A program made the position numbers and the translations under genes. DNA of 62,844 nucleotides from Folioceros fuciformis (lineage: Eukaryota), in contig JBNGIO010006099.1 of the NCBI GenBank assembly GCA_049999805.1, forward strand, positions 1-62,844, given 5' to 3'. Each line of letters starts with the position of its first letter. The stretch's first letter is position 1. Positions 37,043 through 49,055 of the stretch are shown here, one piece after another. Below the pieces are notes generated by a model that saw nothing but the letters and a program-made list of their open reading frames with translations, had not been told where the DNA came from and searched no databases.

Positions 37043-39158
37043 CTACTTCAGGTGATGTTGTCTCGCATGGGGCCTCAGAACTTTGAGACGGAACTCCGCC
37101 TGGGCTTGCCAGTAGGGTAGAGACGGTGGGGGTACTCCTTCGTACTCAATCACTGCATCACAGATCCAACCGCAGTCAGGGTGGCACAGCCAACACACAT
37201 GTCAGAGGAGGTGGAGAGGAGCTGACGCCTTACTGAAGCTGGCGGAAATGCTTCCCCAGAGGGCGGCCGTGAGAAGGTTTCTTGTTTTCCACCATCCCAC
37301 TAAGAACCCTCCACAAAAGGAGTTGCCGCATCCAGTGGGATCCACTACACCTCTCACGTCGGCTCCTATGTCATAGATCTGACCCTGGCTGCTTTCTGAT
37401 TGTGCATCGACATCCATTTTGTCAGCTGGGAATCTCTTGGAATTGAACTTCCTGGATGAGAATCTGTTCGATCCCCGATCAAAGGTCGTGTGGAACGCAG
37501 GAACTTCCCAAGTCTCCCCAGTGTCTGACCTGTCACATCACAACAACCAACAAGCCGGGTGCTGCTGAGGCTATCCTGTTCTGGTTACTTCTTCAAGTAC
37601 AAAGGAGATTCGAAGTAGCTCACCTGTGAACAATGCATCCCAAGTGACCACGTCTCAATGACACCACCTGGCAGCAACAGGAACAGTGGATGGATTTGAG
37701 ATCACAACATGGATGTCTTGCCATCTCATACGATTCATGTCTTTACCCGACTGCCCAAAGCACTCACCTCAGCACCCAGCTCGACAAGGCGCCCAATAAT
37801 CTCAAGAGGCGATCCTGGTCCCACTAGTGAGATGGCTTCTTTTTCGTTCGGAGAAAATATGTTGGCTGCAGAAACAAGAGCCCTGCAAATCCGCATGTCC
37901 ATGCCAGTACCAATGAACAGGCGTCCCTGTCCACAAATGTCTCCATCGACAAAAAAACAACTCAAGATACTCACAGCAGTTCAGTCCGAGTAACAATGTC
38001 TTCAGCGTGAGTGTACGTCTCAACGCTCACTACATCAGCACCTGTGCGCCGAAGACTCCTGATGAAGTCCACATCACGGCCACTGGGGTGCACTCCTGCA
38101 TGGTAAACCTTCGCGTGTCTGTATGCAGCCAAGTACTTGTTATTCCCACTTCCTAAGAGCCGGCCAACAGCCACAAACAACAGACAGACATGCCAACCAA
38201 AAGCAAGCTTCTCACTGACCATCATGACCAGCAATGCACGTAAAAAGAAGAGTTCACAAACCTAACTGATACTCAAACGGAAGAAGAGTCATAGCTGGCC
38301 GAAGCATACCCCATACCTCGGGCCCAACAGCCACTCGCCATACCTGGCCAAGAAAGACGGAACAACGTCCATACTAGGGAACAACAGATAGAAGCACCTG
38401 CTGATGCACTTGGCAAAAAAACATACCTGAGACCTACGGCCGTCCGTCTCTAAAATCTGGCACAGAGCCGTACGCACCGTGTCATAGGAGACATACCAGC
38501 AAGGAATAGCAGCCCCACAGAAACGGAAATGAGTTTACGGACTGAATAATGGTACAGAACTGTGAGCTGAGAGATGCATCTCCACAAGAATCCAATTGTA
38601 TGCAACCTGCATTCCCCCCTAGATGATTGAGCTGATCACTGAAACTGACATCAGGAAGAAACGCTTCAGGCTCTCTCCTAACTAACCTGCCAAGCTCTCA
38701 GAGTCGAATATGGCCAGACAATGAGCCCGGAGACATCTATTTCCATATCTTGAAGCCATTCTTTGCACGAGGCCGGCAGGTCTCGTCCCACACCAGCCGC
38801 TAAGCCCACCCTGTAGAAACACGTATGAGGCTCAGCGTGCCAAATTCACGTTCCCTCCACTACCAGCAAACAGCACCGAATGCAACAATCGAAATGCTGC
38901 TTTCCAAAAGAGCTGGACGGGCTAACCAAAGGCCCCACCTGTCTTCACTTTTGCTCCAAAGCTTGACACCGAAGGCAGTCTGAGGACCTACACACGCACG
39001 ACCTTGAGCTGTACGAAGACCCACGAAACAAAGCATCGGAATTCGCACAATTGGGGAAGCGAAGCGGTCAAACCTCCTCCCCCGATGCAGCACAGGGTAG
39101 AGTGGCCATCGGGGTAGATGATGTCGTCCACGATCACTGTGAACGTCACAACATCCAT
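37043..39158 (-). CDS. pfkB-family carbohydrate kinase, multi-exon
   Basis: MDVVTFTVIVDDIIYPDG..IGGGGPQTAFG, IFSPNEKEA and the pfkB signature VVDPTGCGNSFCGGFL. An in-frame stop lies upstream of ATG 39158; the terminal stop is at 37043. Confidence 0.9.
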
Positions 39159-39836
39159 CTCCACTGCGCCGACGTCTGAAAGCGCCTCAGGAACGTCTCT
39201 TCATCTCACAAAACCGGCTCAGCTCCGGCGCTGGACATTTTGCTTCCTCCCACACACATTCTGCACGGACTCCACACTCCGCCTCACGCCGACTCCGTGC
39301 TGCTTGCCGCCGGCTGGACAAATCTTTGCTGAAGGCGTCGTAACATCTTTAGAAAGGCAAGAATCAGCTACGAAACTTCTTTGCACGCATCTGCGGTCTT
39401 CTCAAAGCAGTGAAACAGGACGCACCCCAGCACAGCACGGTTAAAGAACGCCGTTTGAATAGATGGCGTCTAGCGCACCTTATGCTGGACTCGGTTCCTT
39501 CTCCAGGTTGGACTCGGTCAGAAACGCAGTTCAAAAGGGGCGGCCCAAGTGTGCGGCGAATTGTCGTGGTAGTATTGATGTGCTGAAGAGTCATTACATT
39601 GGATGAGGGCCACTGCTGTGCAAAGGTTGCGGCTGCGACGTCCGTTACCCCTCGGAGGCTTCTGGAGGAAGACATCGCCGGAAAGCACCAGATTAGCTGC
39701 GGAAATACTGCTTGTGAATGTGTGAGGAATTGCGGAGCTGAGAAATTCGAGCCGCTGGGGAGGACTCTTCGTTGAGGTGGAGGAATGAGGAATTGGTCCA
39801 CGACAGAGAGCTGGGAGGGCCGGTTCTGGTGATGAA

Positions 39837-41623
39837 ATGAAGCCGGCTGCAGCCGCGGCAAGAGCGCAGTCCTGTGCAGGTTTTCTTCCGGCCTCTTTGG
39901 GAGCCGGAACTCAGGTGTGCTCTCTGCCGGCTGTGAGCGCAGCATTGCATTCATGGAACAGGCTCACTGGTCTGTGCGGGCGTGTTCCTCTTGCTTCTCG
40001 GTGCAGAAAGCGGGCGTCCTTCACCAGGTTTGGCAGTTTTTGCTTGCCAGTGCTTTGGCAGCATTTGATCGGATCTGAGTCCAATCGGTGGTGATCAGGT
40101 TCTGCTTTGACTCCGATGACTCTCGATCAGAGGAGAAAGCGGATGCTGTGGAGTCTGAACCTTCGCCGGAGCGGGCCGAGTCGTTTAGAACGAGCAAAGA
40201 CGAGCTGAGGACGTCGCTGGCCACTTTGACCGAGGTGCTGACCGCGCTATCCATGGCCGTAGCTCAGGCTCAAGCTAGTGTGGATCACCTTAGCAAGGTG
40301 ATTGAGAACACGGATGATTTCGACTCACCGGTGGTGACCAAGGCCAAAGAAAGGCACATCAGTACTTCGAGGCCGGAGGTGCCCTTGAATGGAGCACCGG
40401 TGCTTGATCTGGATCCCACGGCTGCGGAACCGTGGGATGTCGCGGAGATTGGAGGCGGAATACCAGGGACCAGAGGAGGAGGGGGAGAGCCTGACGGCAG
40501 CGTGCCGGCACACCTTGTAGAGGAGAATGCCCGTGCTCATAAACTGGCTTACCAACTGCAACGGGCGTTTGTTCAAGCTCGGATTGAAGGCCTTGGTAAA
40601 CCCTTTCAGGTTCTCCCGTCGGAACCTCGTTTTGCTGCCTTTTTTTGAGACATACGCCGTGTTGTTTGGTTTGAAACTGCATATTGGAGAGCTGAGGTGT
40701 ATGTGCTGACACGGACTCCTGGCATTCAGTTGGCAATGGAGGACTTCGTGAATACGTGCATGGAAGCACATGCAGCGGGCCTGGGACTGAACGAACTCCA
40801 GCTACAAGTTATTCTGGCAGAGGGAGCTTTAACTGGGGCATTTTCAGTGAAGTCACAGCTTTTCTCTAAGGATCCACTCCTGGACGAGGTATGTTTGAGT
40901 TTTCTCGTCACCTTGACACACACAGGAAGTCTAGGATCGACATGTGAGATCCCCAATGAAACGAAATGGCCCGTATGCTCGTTTGCAGGAAAGGAGGGTT
41001 CGCTCGTCTTGGGTCAGGCTCGTATACGCAACTCTTGCTGAAGTATGTCGCCAACACACCCTCGTCATTTTGAATCTGATGATTTCGACTTCCAGGAATT
41101 GGTCTGATGCTATGTTAACTCAACGATCGGGTTCTGAAGTCTGCTTCTCCAGGTATTTGAACTGCAAATGGGCGGATCCGTAGACGGGCCTCCTGGAGAG
41201 GATGGGCAGGGCAGGGAAAGTGATCCAAGTGATATCTTCGTGAAGCAGGTACCCCTGATTCAAAACCAACGAACTTGCTAGGCCTTCATGTTCGCTCAGC
41301 ACACCATGCCCGTCTAGTACGGCATGCTAAAAGCCGTTGTGAACTTGGAGTGATTAGGCAGTGAAGATGGCCCTTGAGGATGGCTACGATCTCGAACGGA
41401 TAAAGTTGGAACAGGTGTGATTGGTTCCTAAGCAAGTGATGAACTCCTCTAGCTTTGAACTCTTGCTGCACATCTCTTGTGCTGATAACCTTTGACATTT
41501 CATTCGCAGAGTTTCTCAGACGCCCCGGACATCCCCAAGTCAATAAAAATGATGAGACAGAGTCAATACTTGGTCGTCTTAACGATGGAGAAGGCTCTTG
41601 GACAAACAAAGGAGAGCGGGTGA
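39837..41623 (+). CDS. Uncharacterised 7-exon protein with a transit-peptide-like N-terminus
   Basis: Consistent GT-AG model: MKPAAAAARAQS...R | FCFDSDD...KPFQ | LAMEDFVN...LDE | ERRVRSSWVRLVYATLAE | VFEL...FVKQ | AVKMALEDGYDLERIKLEQ | SFSD...MMRQSQYLVVLTMEKALGQTKESG*. Confidence 0.75.
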
Positions 41624-41796
41624 TCAACGAGAATCAACCTGAATTGAGCCCATCAACATCTAAGATAAAAATTTAACACCCTTTTATTACAAATTCTACT
41701 ACCCGAAGTCTGTTTGCAACCCTTAAAAAGAAGGGTACGCAGAAACAGTATCTTCCACCTAGTAAAAGTCTTACAGAGATGTATAGAGCTTTGCGT

Positions 41797-44164
41797 CTAA
41801 TCAGCTGGTTTCACAGTGGAATCCATATCCTTCTCTCCCTCAACATCAGTAGAATTTATACGAGGACTCACTTGAGGACTTTGAACAGTTCTCTCCACGT
41901 TCTCGAACTTGGAGGTAGCCCATGGGGCAGTGCCCACAGTCGGGCTTCTGACTCTCTCTACCGTAAGAAGGGCAACGCCATCCCGAGCATCATACCAGTC
42001 GTGCCCACATTTCAGACACTCAAACTGATAGCGGTCTCCTTTCCCGACCTGGAAGAAGTCTTTTACCCCAACATCTCGCTCATGACAGAACTTGCACGTC
42101 AAGTCCGTCATTTGCATGGTCTTGGGCTGAACCGGCTCCTTCGAAGAGGTCTGTTCGGCCGATGTCAAGCCCTCCTTGAGCTCGCCGGGAGACATGTTCA
42201 GCACCGTGGTCGGATCCAGCTCCTTGAGAAGGAGCCTGCGTGCAAGTCTAGAACAGTTCCTCAAATTGAAATCCAGACTCCTCATTTTCAAGTTATACTT
42301 GTGCACATCGGACCCAAGAGCATCATACACGCAGTTCTCCAGTGCTGACACCGCTTCCACCGCCGTGGCTGGCCAGGACAGATCCCCTGCCTGCTTCTCA
42401 ACCCCGTTGGACATGTTCCCAGCTGTTGCATCTCCCCCTGCACTTCCCAGGACGGTGGAGTCTGTCCCTCCCTGCTTTCCCCCATGGCCTCCATCCAGAG
42501 CAGCTGCAGCAGAATCCTGCATCCTCACATCGGGCTGCTCCTCTCCAGCCTCCTTCGACACCCCATTCCCGTTCTCCTTCCCCTTCGCCTTCTCTTCTGC
42601 CACATCCCCGTCCCCCTTCTCCCCACCGGCATCCAAGGGAGCTGAACCACCCCGATCCTCACCCTTACCTTCGCCCTCAAGCCGTGCAGTGGCAGCANNN
42701 NNNNNNNNNNNNNNNNNNNNNNNNNNNNNNNNNNNNNNNNNNNNNNNNNNNNNNNNNNNNNNNNNNNNNNNNNNNNNNNNNNNNNNNNNNNNNNNNNNNN
42801 NNNNNNNNNNNNNNNNNNNNNNNNNNNNNNNNNNNNNNNNNNNNNNNNNNNNNNNNNNNNNNNNNNNNNNNNNNNNNNNNNNNNNNNNNNNNNNNNNNNN
42901 NNNNNNNNNNNNNNNNNNNNNNNNNNNNNNNNNNNNNNNNNNNNNNNNNNNNNNNNNNNNNNNNNNNNNNNNNNNNNNNNNNNNNNNNNNNNNNNNNNNN
43001 NNNNNNNNNNNNNNNNNNNNNNNNNNNNNNNNNNNNNNNNNNNNNNNNNNNNNNNNNNNNNNNNNNNNNNNNNNNNNNNNNNNNNNNNNNNNNNNNNCCC
43101 TTACCTTCGCCCTCAAGCCGTGCAGTGGCAGCATGGTCTCCCTTCTCCTCCCCCTTACCGGCACCACTACCAGTACTAGCACCTTCACCATCTTCCACCT
43201 TCTCCGCCTCACAAACATACTTCACACCATGCAAGACCTTCTCCAACCACCTGGTCCTTCCCACGTTCACTTGCACCTTGCCGTATTTCTCCAAGATCCC
43301 ATACGCTTCACTCTGATGCGGCGTCCTAGGCGTGTCCCTGGAACCCTCCTTCCCGCCATCTTCCAACCTCGTCTTGCTTGTCCTCTCCCCACTCCCATGA
43401 TACTCCGGCTGCCGTTCCCCTCTCCCAGCATGCGACTGCTCCATCTGCCTATCCACCCGAAGCGACGTCAAATTCCTCCGTTTCTTGGCCTTCAGAGCAG
43501 GATCCTCCTTCCCCTGCTCCCCGCTCACCTCCGCCTTCACAACCTCATTCGGAAGATCACCCAGCGTCTTCCTAGTATTCTCCATCAGGGCCTCGATCTC
43601 CTTCTGTTTCGAATCCTCATAATCTTTATCATTCAGCTTCCACAACCTCTTCTCCGCCGCATCGTACACTCTCCGCACGATGTGCCCGGGATGCTTAGAC
43701 TGCTCCGGCAACTGCTTCCCGGGAGGAATAAAATGCACCACGCACTTGTGCATCACCGACTCCGCGGGCACATCATCCCGATGGAAACTGTAAAAAAGCT
43801 CCCGCGCATCCACCGACGAGTGGTAACCTCCCACCGCCTTCTCCGCCTCCTCCGGGCGGTAGAACCACTGTCCACCGACGGTGAGCGAACCATCCACACT
43901 CTGCTTGATCTCCTTAATCATGGCCACATACGGCTTCTGCGTCTTCCTCTCGGGAGTGACCAGCACTGTGTCCTCCAGCTGGTACTCCGCGCCATCTTCC
44001 GCCTCGAAGGCCCGATAATGCTTCACCATGCTCTTCCCCCGCCCCGACTTCTTGATCACCGGACCAATCGCCTTGGCCTCGCCTCCTTCCTCATCGTCAG
44101 AATTCTCGTCATCGTCATCCCTCTCCGCATCCAACCCCGACGTGCTCAGCTTCCTCTTCCCCAT
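41797..44164 (-). CDS. AIPP3: BAH + TFIIS-central + Zn-ribbon chromatin protein (AIPP3/BDT1-like); no visible introns, interrupted by a 400-N gap
   Basis: BAH domain (QKPYVAMIKEI, GQWFYRPEEA, RELFYSFHRDDVPAESVMHKCVVHF), TFIIS_M (KYNLKMRSLDFNL..LARRLL..MSPGELKEGL) and a CKFC...CLKCGHDWY ribbon. Confidence 0.85.
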
Positions 44165-45898
44165 GGCGTCCGATCGAGCCGGTGTGCCTGCTGCTGCTGA
44201 TCCAGCCGGATTGCTCACTTCCCCCGCTCCAGCCGACGTGCTTGCTGCTCTTGACGGAGCCGGTCCTCTCGTTGCTCCAGATCGAGCAGGTGGAGTCACA
44301 TTGAGGGCATGGTAGGGCTTCGGTGGCCTAAGCTGTATGCCGCCTTCCCGTCGCTGTCGTTCCTCATCGAAGATCACCGAATCCGCCGTCTACGTCCCCA
44401 TTGCCACGCAGTCCATCTTTACATTTTTCCCCAAAAGCTTGAAATTTTGGGAATTCGGGAACAAACGCTGTTACAGAGAATTCACAGATTCTCAAGACAT
44501 CCGTGACATGACAACTTTCGTTCAGCAAGGAGTGGGGCATGCCATGGCCCTAATTAATCTTAACCCAAATTAGCATAAGCTCTCGTACCCAAGTTCTGTA
44601 CATGAACTGTAGCTTCACTTTTCTTAGACGTCACGTCTTCAGGTATACTTGAGCTCCGGTGCTTAGTACGCGTTTGCGATCGGGTTGAAGCCGGGTGGAG
44701 ACGCTGGCAACAGCTACGACGGCGTCGCCTTGTTGTTGGGGAGATGGGGCAGCCTTTGCTGGCAAAACCGATTACTTGATCAGATGCAAATTCATCGTAC
44801 ATTCAATGCTCGGGCCCCTTGAATTCTTCGGTGTTTGCGTTGTTCCAAGGCGTAGTCTCCTTCACAGATAGAGCATATGCGTTCCTCCCCACAAACCAGC
44901 TTCCAGCACACGGGTCGTGATTCTTTCTCCAAATTCTATCCACAACGAGCTGTTTTCTCCGGTTTCCTTTCAAAGAGGAGCAGAGAATGTCCAAGACATC
45001 ATGCTCTGAGAACTGCCACCGTTACGCTACTGTAGCTGCCTTTGCCTTCATAGAAGGCCGATACTGGCTTCCGTTAACTTCTGAATCATTACAGCCTCGT
45101 TCCTTGGTACACAAGTCTACCCAAAGGGTTTGGGACTTCGAAACCTCATGCCTGCCTCGCCCTCCCATGCAAATGAAGCTGTTCCAGTTTCCAAACTCAT
45201 GGACCGTGGCATCAGACAGTGGTGAAGGGCGTGCTCGGTGTAGGACGCACACCACCATAGTAGTTCCACGGACACGTTTCCTCGATGTAAAGTGCTTCCC
45301 TCCTGGGCTATGCACTGACCTGACCAATCGTCTGAATCTTTGGATTCTAGATCAGAATCAGGACCAACGGGAAGCAATCCCACAAAAGCCGTGAATTCGT
45401 GTTCCAGGTGGGCCTTGTACGATGGCCAGCTCCTTCATGAGGCCGGTCTTCAGAGTCTTTTCTCGGGCTGTATTCCAGAGGACAGCCCTTCCACTCAGGC
45501 CAGGTGGATAGTACGACACAGGAATCAGCCATCGACTCAGGAAGGCGGAATCGGATGCAAAACTGAACGCTCCGTTCTTAGGCCCACAGTCTTGACACCT
45601 GGCTTTGGTGGGTCTACCCTGGTTGGGGGTCGTACTCATCGAAGCTTGATTGTAGAACGCGATGGTAAACCTTGTACACGGACTTGGGGAACAACCTCGA
45701 CAGGGCCACAAGAACTCTAACCCCACAATCAAAAGCTACCCAGGAGTCTCGAGATTTAAGGGAAGTACTGAAGCCGTCCGTCCTACGCGAAGAGGACGAA
45801 ATCGAAAAATCTGTTGGGCTTGTCTGGTGCCGCAGACGACAACAAATTTTCGTTTCCTCGAGTGTCTACAGTAAATATTACAACCTAAGCTAGCTACG

Positions 45899-47155
45899 TT
45901 ATTCCTCGGCTTGCAAACTAGGACGCCTACGATGCCGTCTCGCAGTTGTTGACACGGTTGTCCGGGAGTCACTTGTAACTACTGATGCCTCAGAGTCTTG
46001 TTGCGCTTCTTCCGACTCCTCCCTTCCGTTGGGATCCTCTTCATGTTCGTCTTCTGGTGGAGATTGGACAACGTTACGGAGTCTCGATGCATTTGCTTGG
46101 GATGGCCTAGAGAAAGGGATTGACCACTGGCAGGCATCAGCGAAGTATGAAAGGAGACAACCTACCAGGGATTCAAAAGGCCCGTCTCTTCATCAGTGCT
46201 AAACACAAACAGCGCCAACTTACAGAGTCAAGGGTGATTTCTGTGGAAACGGTCTCTTGAGCTTTTCATCATCGTCATCATTCTTGTGCAAGACGTAGAT
46301 CAAAAACAAAGGATGTTCCAAAAACGTCATAGGCTGCATGACTGCGACAAGACATCCAAGGTTAAGGTTCGATCATCACTCTCCCTCTGCAAGCAACAAA
46401 AGTTTCAACCGCCACTTTGCCAAAACCATCACTGCTGCTCTCACATCACAAAGCTAACAGCAAGGGCAATGGCACGTGTAGCAAAAGACGAGAAACCGGT
46501 CAGCAACAGAGCGCTACCTACCAGCTTGCATAAGAAGCGGAGGCACCGCCCCCAAGTAGATATGTATAAACGCGGTCATCCCTGCTCCCTGCAGATTCCC
46601 AAAATTCAGACTCTTCTTCCTCATCAGCTGGAAAGAAAGCACAAAAAGCGTCAAACACTTGGATCGGGTATACGTGGATCAGGTGTTGCCTACCAACAGA
46701 AGCTTAGACGACAACGACCGCAACTCCGAAAAATCGTACTGCTGATACGACACAACCTCCCCCTCCCTGCAACACACAAATCCTCCGCACTTCAGGCCTT
46801 GAATCCCACCCAACCTACGCAAATTGCATTCATCACAACCCTAAAATTCTTTCAGGATCCGCTTCCCACCCCTTCCATACACGAACACCACCAACAATCC
46901 GCCGGCCGGCACAAACAGAAAGCCTTACTCTCCAGCAGCTGTAGCTTTTCTGAGCTGAACAGTCTTGGTGGAATCGCCTCCCCTCTTTATCTTATAGGCG
47001 ATGTAGGCGCAGCACAAGAGCATCGTCATCTGGGTCAGCATGTACAAGATCCGCAAGAGCAGCCGGTTGGTAGGGTCGTCGTACTGGAATTTGAATAGCT
47101 TGAGCACCAGGAGCAGCACGGGGCCTATCATCATCTTCCACATCGATTCCGCCAT
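45899..47155 (-). CDS. PHO88: Pho88/Snd3 family ER membrane protein, 5-6 exons
   Basis: Spliced product MAESMWKMMIGPVLLLVLKLFKFQYDDPTNRLLLRILY...KIKRGGDSTKTV... | EEGEVVSYQQYDFSEL...LLL | GAGMTAFIHIYLGAVPPLLMQA | VMQPMTFLEHPLFLIYVL...KLKRPFP. This matches the recalled yeast Pho88 motif order (DP..R..Y, YD..E, FMH..PL.MQ, LEH, LKRPF). Confidence 0.82.
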
Positions 47156-47469
47156 CCTGACCTCTCCACCTCAGAGAGGAGAGAGCTCTGCTCTGCTCTA
47201 CTGATGCTTTCCGGTTTAACAGCTCACCCGCACCTCGGTGTGAAATTGTTTAGAGACCTAGAGTCCAAGTAGTATAACCAGAATTGCGCACTAGGCGAGT
47301 TTTTGTCACCCGATTCTTCAACCCTAAGCGGTGCAGCAGCAAAACCCAGACGCCTGGCGATTTTATACAGCTACGTAAACTACAACTTCATTCTTCTTCT
47401 TATCCTAACCAAACTAAGCCGAACACGGAGCGTCGAGAAGAAAAGTAACAAAATTAGGGAACCTCAACA

Positions 47470-48860
47470 AAAAACATTTTATTAGAGACTAATAAGGGTG
47501 GTTCCATGATACCATAGTTGCTCTCCGCTATTCGTCCCGACCCATGTAAGTACTTGCAAGGGCATCCTTCGTATTAGGGTATGGCATGCCAAAGCGGGCA
47601 TACTCTCTCTTTTTTGTTTTTCTTCTTCCTTTTTTAATCCGTTTTAGGGTACCTTCGAGAATATGCTTGAATGTTTCAAGATTGTAGAGTGGCTGCTTTG
47701 CAGCAATCTTACTCCTCTCGTCCACTTTACAAACAAACAACAAGCAAGCACTTTCCTTGCCCATCGATGGCCTTGCCTACCCCCCTTCCACTTCATTCGC
47801 AATTGGTGCAAAGACAATTATGGTAGGCTCAAGCAAAAGACAAGCGTCCACAATTCCATCGGAAGCAGGGCCTACTTAGGGTCCATTGGTCTTGTGATTC
47901 AAGTGATGTTCTTCTTGCTTGCAATCACTACAACCTACAAATTGCATTCTACCATCTTTGTTTGCAATTTTTGTTCAGTGAAACGACAAGGCCTCTTCCA
48001 CACTTAAGCAAAGCATGACTCAAAGGCAAGACTAAACATGCAAACTTTGGTTTACATGGAGATCACTGAATGCAAGAAGATTAGAATTCTAAGGCCTTGC
48101 CAAGATGCTTGCCATATAAATTCTACAATAGCTAGACCTCCAATGTCTACAAGCTCCCCAACCCAAGCCTCAGCGAAAGGATTGCCTTCAAGTCATTTAA
48201 GGCCTCTTGTAGCTTCGAGTTCGATGTTTTCAGCTCTTTCACTTAGGTTTGGAGGTGGGATAATGTTTGTACATGTCTATCAATATTGCAGCCTTATTGG
48301 TCTTAGGAAGGATCCAAGACTTTGTTCAGCTCCACAAACATGTTTAAAAGATAGACATAAACACAACAATGATGACCATTGGAGTCTTTTAAACATAAAC
48401 ACAACAATGATGACCATTGNNNNNNNNNNTGACCATTGGAGTCTTTTAAACATAAACACAACAATGATGACCATTGAAGCTCTGGGTGTGACCATGAGCA
48501 TGACAGCAATTGTGAGCTGATGCAACCCAATCCCAAGACCAATCCCAAAAGAAGTGTTGTTCTCTAGGAAAGAGTAAGACCAATCCCAAAAGAAGTGTTG
48601 TTCTCTAGGAAAGAGTTGGCCACTATTTTGTTTGTAGAATGTCAAGATATAGAGAAGAGTTGTTCTCGGTTTTGTCTCCAGAATGCCAAGAAGAGTTGTT
48701 GCAAGGTTGAATGGCACGATACACAAGAGTCTCATAGCAGGTGTTGGGCACAATATGTAGAATGCCACGATCTGCAAGAGAGCTGGTGTAAGGCGATGGA
48801 ACCTCCGTTGGCTACATGATGTTATGCCGTAGTAGTCCTCACAAAAGGTCGGCTTTTCTG
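47470..48860. mobile_element. AT-rich probable TE remnant with short direct repeats
   Basis: Compositional break between two genes, with duplicated ACATAAACACAACAATGATGACCATTG (48355-48477) and AGACCAATCCCAAAAGAAGTGTTGTTCTCTAGGAAAGAGT x2 (48536-48616). Family not recognisable. Confidence 0.35.
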
Positions 48861-49055
48861 TCACACGAGCTGAGCTGCTGATGAAGTGGAATTCTGCTCC
48901 GCGATCGCCGGGTCTCGCTGGGTCCCTCGTGGAATAGCAACGCCCTGAAAGACAGACTTCAGTTCAGCGATAGGGTTTGCGGAAAGACGGGAAAGAGCAG
49001 CAGGTGCAATGGCGAGGGGGTTCACGGAGACGTAGAGCTGCCTGGAAGGCTGTCG

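Noticed and set aside
42176-44200. 674-aa plus-strand ORF and other ORFs spanning N-runs
   Set aside because: Antisense to the AIPP3-like gene and inflated by reading through Ns.
44500-45880. Additional gene between AIPP3-like and Pho88
   Set aside because: Several 60-135 aa ORFs on both strands, but no coherent exon chain or recognisable motif.
46286-47098. 270-aa plus-strand ORF
   Set aside because: Antisense to the spliced Pho88 gene, non-ATG start and no motif.
3614-47155. Fungal contamination as the source of ThrE and Pho88
   Set aside because: Both genes have host-like short introns and sit in contiguous sequence with plant genes or plant-type flagellar genes.
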